From: the human T2T-CHM13v2.0 reference genome, Homo sapiens
Assembly (NCBI RefSeq): GCF_009914755.1
Contig: NC_060935.1
Strand: one strand, 5' to 3'
DNA: 64,000 nt
Shown: piece after piece, positions 55,392 to 64,000 of the stretch
How positions within the stretch are numbered: the first letter of the stretch is position 1
Layout: each line of letters opens with the position of its first letter
The notes under the pieces: model-generated
Databases searched by the model: none
The model's input: the letters and a program-made list of their open reading frames with translations, nothing else
Told to the model about the DNA's origin: nothing
Translations under genes and position numbers: made by a program

Positions 55392-55567
55392 CAGTATTCT
55401 CCACTGGGGGTGGTTTTTGCCTCAGGGACATGGTGTGTGTGGAGGGGGTGCTGCTGGCATCTAGAGGGTAGGGGCCAGGGGTGCTGCTACACATCTTACA
55501 ATCCACAGGCCAGCCCCCACAGAAGGGATTGTCCACATTTCAGTGGTGGAGAGGTTGAGAAACTCTG
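55392..55567. mobile_element. MER20 hAT-Charlie MITE, internally deleted
   Basis: tgctgctggcatctagagggtaggggccagggg.., cacaggccagcccccaca, gaggttgagaaactctg. Confidence 0.85.
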
Positions 55568-57689
55568 CTTTTAACCACTACCTAGGGTGGCTGAGGATTC
55601 CTCCTCTGCCTCCCCATCCGAGGTTCCTGCCTCCAGCAGAAGATGGGGAGAAGTGAGTTCTTTTCCCAGCTTGCTTTTGACTCCCAGGGTGGAGTCATTC
55701 TCACTTAGGCTCTGAACTGGGGATTCAGTCCTGGAAGAAATAAAATGTGTTAGAGGAACACCTTGAGAATTAATGTTTAAAGAAGGGAAAGGAAACTGAT
55801 TTTGATGGGGGACATGTTTGCCAGGGGCTAGACAAGACACCTTTAGACCCATTATAATTATTTATCTTTCAAAACAGCCCTTAGGCTTAGGAGAAACAAA
55901 TACTACCCCGCAACCCCCTCCAGCTCTCCCATTTCTAAACCAGTGCGAGAAATGGAGGCTCAGAAAGGTTAACGTGCTCAAGGTCACATGGCTGAAAGAT
56001 GGGACCTAGAGTCTAACCCAGGAATCTCAGATTCTGAAGTCTCTACTTCCACACATTTGATGGTATTTTTTTTTTAAGGAAAATAATGAAAGCTATGCTG
56101 AAAGCAAAGTAGGGAGCTGAAATAAGAGCATTCAATAATTCCCCTACTTTCTAATTAAAAGGATTGCTTTTTATACCCCAGAAAGCAATTACTATATACT
56201 ACAGAAAGTCTACATTAGCATATGGGAGTATGGGTGAGTTCGTTATAATAAGGTTTTTTTACAATTCTCAAGTCACATTTGTTATCCACGATCTCATTCC
56301 ATCTCAACAGTCCTGTGAGGCTGTTGGGGCAAGTGTCTTCACTCTACGCCTGAAAAACTATGCCTCAGAGGAGGGTAGGACTCGGCCAAAGGCCTTCTGC
56401 TACACTGGCCCTGGGCCTCATGTGCCCACCCTGAGGACATCTTTCCCTGCAGCTCCCTGCCCAGTTGGAAATGCTGACCTTCTTTGCTTACAAGCCCAGG
56501 TGAGCTCAAGCGAACTCTGACTCACTAAGGGTTAAGCCACACAAACTCTTTTATGAGTGGAAACCACTTAATGTGCCCTGTAAAAAAGGGCCCCTCACCA
56601 TGCTGGCTGCTTTCCCTTGGAAAGGGAGTGCCAGCAGGGAGCAGGGCTATGCACAGGCCATCTTTTTGCAGGAGGATGGTGATGGGGCAGCTGCCACCCT
56701 GTAGTCTTAAAGGCATCTCTGGGGGTTGGGAGAAGTTCTGGATGTTTCCAGAAGGTCATGGTGGAAAATGACGTCGGCCCTGAGGAGAGGGGCTTGTGGG
56801 CATTTGGCCACAGGTGGAGAACTGGCCCATATTGTTCTGCAACATTTATTAAATTCTTTTTTTTTTTTTCACTACTTGCCAAGCTCTCTATGTGCATGAC
56901 CTCATTTGATTCTTACAGCCCTTTGAGTTTGGTGTTGTTCCCATTTATCAGGTACAGAAAGTGAGGAACAGAATGTTTGCGGCTAGACAGATTTGGCACT
57001 GGTTCAGGGTCACCCACAGTAAGCAGGGGAACTGGAATCTGAGCCTGCATCTCTCCAGCTCCAAAGCCTGGGTGCACAGCCTCCACGCCACCCTGCTTTC
57101 TGCTTGTCAGGAAGCATAGCTGGCCCAGGCAGGTGCTGCCACTGAAATGACCACTTTGAAACAACCCTGCAGGCAAATCCTTGTGAAAGAATTTGAGAGA
57201 AGCCTTTCCCTGCCTGTCCTCCCTAAGCCTGGAAGGCCAATCCCTCCATGCAAATGGGCTGGGCTCTGAGCTTCAGCCCTTTCAGGGTTAAACAGTAACC
57301 TTTCCACTGCTTGTGGTTGAGCAAATGCTAGCAAGGAACAAGCCCAGCCTTGAGCAAACAAGACACTGGGCCCTGGGCCCCCCTCCTTCCACCAGCCACC
57401 CGGTCTGGGGACTTAGAGATTTTCTTTCGTCTTGAAGTTCCCAATCTGATTTCTTAGCTTTAGGGCAATTGCTCTACAAAGTTGGATGGGAAAATACCCA
57501 GTTATTATGAAAAAGGAAAGAAGGTTTGACTTGAGGTTGTTTTCTTTCTCTGAGGGTGAGAATCAAAGAGCTTTTCAGAAAAGGAACTTATGATCAGTAT
57601 AGTCACCATCTGTAAATTTTCAAGTGGGGAAACTGAGGCCCAGCATCATTTCTGGTTCAGGCTATCCACAGAGCTAGTGACGCTCCTCA

Positions 57690-57915
57690 TGATAACACCT
57701 GACGTGTATTCGTGCCCTACTTTGTGCCAGGTGCTCGAGGTACAGAAACTCATTTAATCTCCAATCAATGTACAGACGAGGTATGATTAGCTGCATTTTG
57801 CATATGAGAAAACTGGGGTTCAGAGAGGTTAGGTAACTTGTCTGGGTGAGTACTAACCTTAGCTAGTAAGTAGGAAGGCTTGGAATCGACCCCAGCTCTT
57901 CTGGCTTCAAAGCTC
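57690..57915 (-). mobile_element. MIR SINE
   Basis: cattttgcatatgagaaaactggggttcagagaggttaggtaacttg. Confidence 0.85.
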
Positions 57916-59464
57916 CTATACATGGTGCCAGGACATATAATCCAGTCCTCCTATCTTCCCACCCAGTGGCTCTTTGCTGTTATAATGTCCATCATCCCTA
58001 CCCTGTCTTTCCTTCTCCACCTTCTACTTAGGCTGGATTCAGTCCTAATTATTTACCAAGCAACAGTGATGATGAAGCTAATAATCATCATACATGTTTG
58101 TGTGTAGCCTAGTTCAACCTTTAATTACTGCTCTCTCCCCAGCACCTAGAATAGTGCCCAGCCCATTATTGGGCTGATAAATATTTGTTGAATAAATGAA
58201 TACATGAATATATTCGTATGCCTTTTGCAGACCCCTCTTCTCCCCCAGTAGGCCTTACTCAGAACAAGAGGAGCGGTAGCTAAATTAGGGGAAGGAATGC
58301 CAAGGGCTGAAAATCCTCTGGGTTGGCAATTGTAATCCTGTGGACATTGGTAATACCCGAGGATGCAAAATTTCCCCAAAACAAGCAGAAAATTTTCCAT
58401 GAATTGCTGCTATAAAGCTGAATTCCTCTCCCCACCCCAACATTTTATAAAGAGCAAGTGACTTTTACAGCCTCTGGGTATTGCCCAATAGCGATCTGGA
58501 AACAGGCTGCTCTTCGTTTAAATGACTGAACACACGGTTGGGGATCTGTTCTGAAAGGTGGAGGGTGCCCGCTTGGGAATAGGGACATTATAAATACTGG
58601 ACAATTGAAGACAATATTTCTGAAGTGTAAAATGTTTGCATTGTTATAAAATAAACCCAAACAGGCCCATGGAAGAAATCTCTTCTCCCAAGTCCTTTAC
58701 TGAAAAAATGATCCCACAGACTGAGAAAGCCACTTTGACTTAGGTCAGCTTGGAAACCCACTAAATTCTCCAGGTCTCTAACAGGAGAAAAAAAACTGGT
58801 TATAATTGTTACCAGAAAGGAAAAATTTTTTTCTTTACCAGAAATGGGCAGTGTCTGTCAGAGAAACCAACTGATTCCTGATATTATCACAAAGCCAGAT
58901 ACTTGAAGAGCTCTATTAAAATATGACTGAGGCCCTTTGATGACCAGCCCAGCCTGTGGCAGATACCCGCACTGAGGAAACTTGTTACTGGGTGTGCAGG
59001 TGCGATTGCAGTCCGAGCTCCCACACAGGTGCTGGGGCTGTGCTGCCACCAGCTTGGATTTTCATTGTTTGAAATTGCACTTTAAATACTTTAAATAAAA
59101 TCTCCTTGGCATTTTCACTTTTGTAAAAAAAAAAGAAAAAAAAAAACCGCTTGGATGCCAGCCAGCCTCGCCCTGGGAGCAGGTATTGCATTTTCCTCCC
59201 GCTTCATTCCTGATCAGAGATTATTCATTTATGAATGGGTGGCTGTAAAAACTTGCCTCATGCATATGAAAATTGAACCTGGAAATTTTTAATTGCTGTG
59301 AGTTTTGCTTTTACAAAAAACGCTTTGGCAATGGGTGGCAGGCAATGGGTGGAAGGACAAATTCTCTTTATTTTCTTCCTAAATTTACTCTGTGATCTGC
59401 ACTTTCCAATGACATTTGTCCAAGAGGCACTGACTGAACAGGCTGTTTGATCCCCTAACAGATC

Positions 59465-59561
59465 ATGATTCTGGAAGGAGGTGGTGTAATGAATCTCAAC
59501 CCCGGCAACAACCTCCTTCACCAGCCGCCAGCCTGGACAGACAGCTACTCCACGTGCAATG
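59465..59561 (+). CDS. EHF: EHF coding exon 2 (exon begins 59462; main ATG 59465), MILEGGGVMNLNPGNNLLHQPPAWTDSYSTCN + 1 nt
   Basis: Translation matches the EHF/ESE-3 N-terminus as I recall it; acceptor cctaacAG at 59460-61, donor ATG|GTAAGA at 59562; 97 coding nt, phase 1, joins exon 3 in frame (G|TT = Val33). Confidence 0.97.
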
Positions 59562-59899
59562 GTAAGAGGGCCTGTGGGTGTTGGTGTCACTGCTGTGCTG
59601 TGTGGGCTCTTTGCTTTAATTCCTCTCACAACCTAATGTTTGAAAAATATAGGCTTTACAGCAGAAGATGTGGGACAAGAAGGAATGGAGAAAACTCAGT
59701 TTTGGAGTTCCCTACCAGCCCCCAGCGTTCCAGACAAAAGCTCGTTTGAGATATTCTATTGCCTCCTCCCAAAATTCAAGGTTCCAGATTGACAGCCTGG
59801 CAGTGAAGGGGGGTAGAAGAGATGCCTAAAGGAAAGACTCTCTGTTGGAGCTTTTAATAGTGTTTTGCTGGGATATCAAGATAGGCTAGGAGAGAAAGG

Positions 59900-59902
<3 letters not shown>

Positions 59903-59932
<30 letters not shown>
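59903..59932. repeat. (TG)15 microsatellite, intron 2
   Basis: Read directly; purine/pyrimidine alternation extends 59900-59948. Confidence 0.97.
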
Positions 59933-59942
<10 letters not shown>

Positions 59943-60147
59943 TGCATGGAGGTTAGGAAGGAGAGGGTTATAGCAGTTCAATCTTTCTTTTTTCGTCTTC
60001 CAGTGGCCTCTCTTTGCAAGGGGAGAGGAGATTTGTAAGGAGAACAGGTGTTCTCCCTAGAGCTTTAATCTAGAACACGTCTATTAGAAGAAGAGGGGAC
60101 CTGGTGGTGGGGCGTATAGAGGGTTTGGTGATCAAGCCTGTGGCTTC

Positions 60148-60196
60148 CTGAATCAAGTTGAATCCCTGAATCAAGTTGAATCTCTGAATCAAGTTG
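60148..60196. repeat. 18-bp tandem repeat, ~2.7 copies
   Basis: ctgaatcaagttgaatc(c/t) at 60148, 60166, partial at 60184. Confidence 0.93.
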
Positions 60197-61599
60197 TTGC
60201 TGAATCGGGAACCCCATACCCCAATTTAGAGCTCTCCAGTTTAGGCATTCAGCTGTGCATCCAACAGCAGTGAGTTTAGGGAGCTCTGGGCCTCTTCTCA
60301 ATCCACACCCACTGCTAATCTGCCTGCCAGAGGCTCTGCTGTTCAAGTTTGCTTTGAAATATGGAGATGGTTTGTTGGTGACCAGAGCTTGGGAGGAGGC
60401 AGAAGTGGGAGGATAATGGGAGAGTTATTCTGCAGCGAGTGCTAATCCATGTGGAGCTCCACCTCTTTTAATTTGGAATCCTAGTCAAACATGGTTGAAA
60501 GGGTGAGCAGGTGAGCTTCCCTTACTCGGTCACCTGTCCCCCCAAACTGCTGCACTTTCTGGGCAGTTGCATTTTCTGTTGTGGGCCTCAAATACCCTGT
60601 GAGGACCCAGAAAGTGGATTCCAAATAAAACTGGAAGTCTTTGGCATCCCCAGGACCCTGGCCTCTCGATGAAGGCAGCATTTCTCCTGCTTGCTCTGGA
60701 GAAAGCTGGGGAAATGTGTTCAGCAGGAAGTAGAACTGGGGTGCCACTTTTATTTCTTAAATTCCAGAGACCTCAAAGAAAGCTCAGCCTTGATTGAGAC
60801 TGAAGAGGAAAAGGAGATCAGTTGAATGGCAGAGAGGATGTGAACTCATAGGAATTTTTATTGTTTCTCCTGAAACTTCAGGAATTTGGTGGGTTCTCTG
60901 TCTGATGCGGAATCTCCCCAGTCAGCTTCAGACAAAAATCCCTGATTCTCCCAAGTTTGAACAAGATACACTAGCAGGGACTATCTTTTAATCTAGACCG
61001 TATCAAGTTTGCAGATGAGATTATTCTAGATGTGCTGTTAGGTTATTAAAAGTTGGTGCCTCTTGTTGTCAAAACCAGAGCTGTACTGTCATAGCAACAC
61101 AATTATTTTAGAAAAAGAAAGATGAAAGACTTGGGGAGCCACAAAATATATATCCCATCCTTAAACAGCTTTATTTGTGAGGCACCAAAAATTGGGGGAA
61201 ATGGAAAGATCCAGCCCAAGGTCTGTGTATTTGGGACTATTTCCATATAATTAGATTTTTAGATTAGATTGTTCCATTCCTCCCCCAACCCCTGACTATT
61301 GGCTTCCTCTTTAGAGCCCACGTTGTGGGCCAGGGGCTGCTTTTGTTTCGCCATGAGGTACGAGGAGCTAAGTGCATACTGTGAGTGGTGGGTATTACTA
61401 ACGGCAGTCACCTCTGTGTGCTAGATAAACTTGACCTCCTGCTCTTAGTGCTTCTGAGGTCTGGAAGCCATGGATGGATTCTGAATGAATGAGGAAGAAG
61501 AGGGATTGGGTCAGAAACATTTCCCTTTCAGTCTCTCCTCTGAGGGTGTTGTGGGCTGGACCATGGGCATTATGGGAGTTAAACCTTTCTGAGGCCTTT

Positions 61600-61755
61600 A
61601 GCTACTTGTAATTCGATAGACCAGCAACATCAGCATCACATGGAAGCTTGCTAGGAATGCAGAAACTCAGGCCTTGCCCCAGACCTGTTGAATCAGAATC
61701 GGCATTTGAACAGTATTCCCTGGTGATTCACGATCACGTTTGAGAAGAACTGATC
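61600..61755. mobile_element. MER5A MITE
   Basis: accagcaacatcagcatcacatggaagcttgctaggaatgcaga..ccccagacctgttgaatcagaa..ggtgattc..gtttgagaa. Confidence 0.85.
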
Positions 61756-62239
61756 TGGCGTGACCTTGAAGAAAAAGTTAGAGACAGTTTTCTTGCACTA
61801 CATTTTCTTCTACTGGTCCACCCTTGAATTTGTTGGAATATCCATGTGTCACGTTCTGTTGGATTTCCCCTGCTTCAGCTTGGTGGGATGCAATAGTCTT
61901 TGCCCCTTGCCCCTTTCACTCATCTTTCCTGAAAGAGAGTTCCTTCCCAACATCTATTTCCAAGGGAACTGTAAGCTCTCTCAGCCCTGTTACATGCCCT
62001 CAGATGCTGGTTTGTCTTTTCCATTGCCGCAGAACTTCGGGCAGACTATGGAATGTTTTTTTAAGTGAGCATGAGTCACATATACAGATGGTTAGCACAT
62101 ATTAGGTTCAGCAATATTTATCCAGTTTAATGAACTGCACTTCTTCATTGGTATCTGAATGTACCATCTTGTGAATGTACCATCTTTTAAATGTACCTCC
62201 CAACTCCTCAGATGCCTACCTTATTTCTTCTTCAAAAAT

Positions 62240-62790
62240 ACATTCCATTAAATAAATATATGGTGAGCATCTACTATGACAAAGTCTCTGAGGTCATTTT
62301 TTAGGTGATACAAAGACAAGTAAAACAGTCTGTGACCTCAAGCATACAATTTACAAAGGAGAATAAGACGGCACTTAGAGACCTGTACAGAAAAGCAGAA
62401 CATGACAAAGCCATTAGAAATACCAAGCATGTCTCCTGGAGGGTAAGAGGACAGTGAGCCCTTGAAGCAAGTTGGGGGGATTGGGAATGATTTTACAGGA
62501 TGGTCAGAGTTCGAAAGATGGGTAGGAATTCAACAGGAGTGAGAGGTAGAACACAAGCTTAGCTGAAAGAACAGCATAGAGAAAAGACAAGTTATTGGTT
62601 ACTTGAAGAAGAGTTAGTGAAGAGCCTCAATGCCTAGCTAGGCAGCTTTATACCTAATTTCAGTGGGTGATGAGGACTACTAAAGGTAACTGAGTAGGGA
62701 AGTGACATCATGATAGCTATAATGACTAGGCTGGGGCAGTGGGATATCAGTCCAGTTAGTAGATCAATAATCTGGACCACTTTGAGGAAA
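62240..62790 (-). mobile_element. L2 fragment
   Basis: gtgagcatctactatg..gatacaaagacaagtaaaacagtc..gacctcaag; gaaagatgggtaggaatt. Confidence 0.65.
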
Positions 62791-62862
62791 AGCAAAGGCA
62801 TCGTAGAGAAAAGAACCTTAATTTCAGGCCTTATTTTTAGTTGAAAATGGTCTGAGTTTGGT

Positions 62863-62864
<2 letters not shown>

Positions 62865-62909
<45 letters not shown>

Positions 62910-62960
62910 ATAAGAGAGAAAAAATGAGAGAGAGTGAGTGAGAGAGAAGAGGAAGAGAAC
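62865..62960. repeat. (TG)20 followed by GA-rich tract
   Basis: Read directly. Confidence 0.95.
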
Positions 62961-63276
62961 GATTTGGGTATGGACAATAAGCTAATAAATTGCTGAAATG
63001 ATAGCAATGCTCTAGCTTTCATGATATTTTACTTTGGGGGAGGTGGGGGATGAGCTCTGAGCACTTCAGCTCTCTTGTCCTCATCCAGTGTCCAGGGGTA
63101 GGTAGCAGGCTAGGGAGGACATGAAAATGCACTTCTGCTCCATCACCCATGCTGGCACATACACGGACTGTGGTTGTGTCTCTGAGATATCTGGCAGCCA
63201 ACAGTACATCCCTGTGTCAGATACTATGGCCAGGAACAGCCAGGGGTCACTCATGAGGCTGCTTCCTGTTTTGCAG

Positions 63277-63522
63277 TTTCCAGTGGGTTTTTTGGAGGCC
63301 AGTGGCATGAAATTCATCCTCAGTACTGGACCAAGTACCAGGTGTGGGAGTGGCTCCAGCACCTCCTGGACACCAACCAGCTGGATGCCAATTGTATCCC
63401 TTTCCAAGAGTTCGACATCAACGGCGAGCACCTCTGCAGCATGAGTTTGCAGGAGTTCACCCGGGCGGCAGGGACGGCGGGGCAGCTCCTCTACAGCAAC
63501 TTGCAGCATCTGAAGTGGAACG
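63277..63522 (+). CDS. EHF: EHF coding exon 3, Pointed (PNT/SAM) domain: (V)SSGFFGGQWHEIHPQYWTKYQVWEWLQHLLDTNQLDANCIPFQEFDINGEHLCSMSLQEFTRAAGTAGQLLYSNLQHLKWN(G)
   Basis: Acceptor ttttgcAG 63275-76, donor ACG|GTGACT 63523; 246 nt, phase 1-1; PNT signature P..WT..QV..WL / NG..LC..S..EF / G..LY..L..L; CpG retention typical of coding sequence. Confidence 0.97.
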
Positions 63523-63882
63523 GTGACTCTCTCTTTCTGTGTCTCTCCCTACCCTGCTAGGAGCCAGCTGGAAGAATAGAGATTCTGCAGATGACAGGAT
63601 TCTTTGTCAGGGACAAGAAAGAGTGGTCTCACCTCCAAATTACCATGTCCCAAGACAGAGAAATGGAAGGAAGATGAAAGGACAGGATTGAAGCATAGGG
63701 TACCTGGTGTGCCTAATCCCTTATAAATGCCAGTGTAATTTAATTCTTTCCTTATGGTGATAATTTTCAAGAAGACAAAAGCTGGCTAGGAATTCGTAGA
63801 ATACTTACTATCCTTGGAAAATGTTTTCTTTCCTTTGCAAACAGTCCAGTCACTTGCTTGTTAAAAAGATCATCATGGTTAC

Positions 63883-63942
63883 AAAAAAAAAAACAAAAAA
63901 CAAAAAACAAAACAAAACAAAACCCCCCCCCCACACACACAC
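63883..63942. repeat. A/(AAAAC)n tract, C run and (CA)n low-complexity block
   Basis: Read directly. Confidence 0.9.
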
Positions 63943-64000
63943 AAAGAACCTTCTAGACCTAGGTTCTTAAGATAGGGTCCTAAGGGTGGTAAGAAGATAT

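Noticed and set aside
59445-59461. TCCCCTAAC before the exon 2 AG as a U12 branch site
   Set aside because: Directly abuts the AG, and none of the upstream donors is GTATCCTT-type.
59562-59749. C-terminal part of the 94-aa ORF at 59465
   Set aside because: Intron read-through past the GTAAGA donor.
62156-62197. 16-bp tandem repeat tgaatgtaccatctt
   Set aside because: Ordinary slippage duplication with no evident motif.
63081-63509. 142-aa antisense ORF and 107-aa alternative frame over exon 3
   Set aside because: Shadow frames of the GC-rich EHF exon.

Overview
Primate, almost certainly human, genomic DNA on the + strand containing the 5' part of EHF (ESE-3, an epithelial ETS transcription factor; 11p13, next to ELF5). 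Gene identity rests on my recall of the protein sequence, not on a search. Positions 1-37.7 kb are upstream intergenic sequence rich in L2, MIR, L1, Alu, MaLR LTR and DNA-transposon relics. A CpG-poor promoter lies at ~37.7-37.93 kb (GRHL-like, octamer, two CCAAT boxes, ETS, palindromic NF-kB, C/EBP, TATA-like, Inr). It is followed by non-coding exon 1 (~37923-38058), an alternative coding first exon (ATG 49421, adding 22 aa), exon 2 (59462-59561, main ATG 59465) and exon 3 (63277-63522, Pointed/SAM domain). The ETS-domain exons lie beyond the window. No prokaryote-type systems are present, and almost all ORF-track entries are chance or repeat-derived. The most interesting unexplained structure is at the exon 1 junction. 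Splicing creates a 3-codon uORF whose stop overlaps the EHF start codon, and a second donor 9 nt upstream would remove it. An intronic element ~135 nt downstream can base-pair over the main donor while looping out the alternative one. This is a testable hypothesis, not an established system. Repeat subfamily names and old-repeat boundaries are by eye and approximate.
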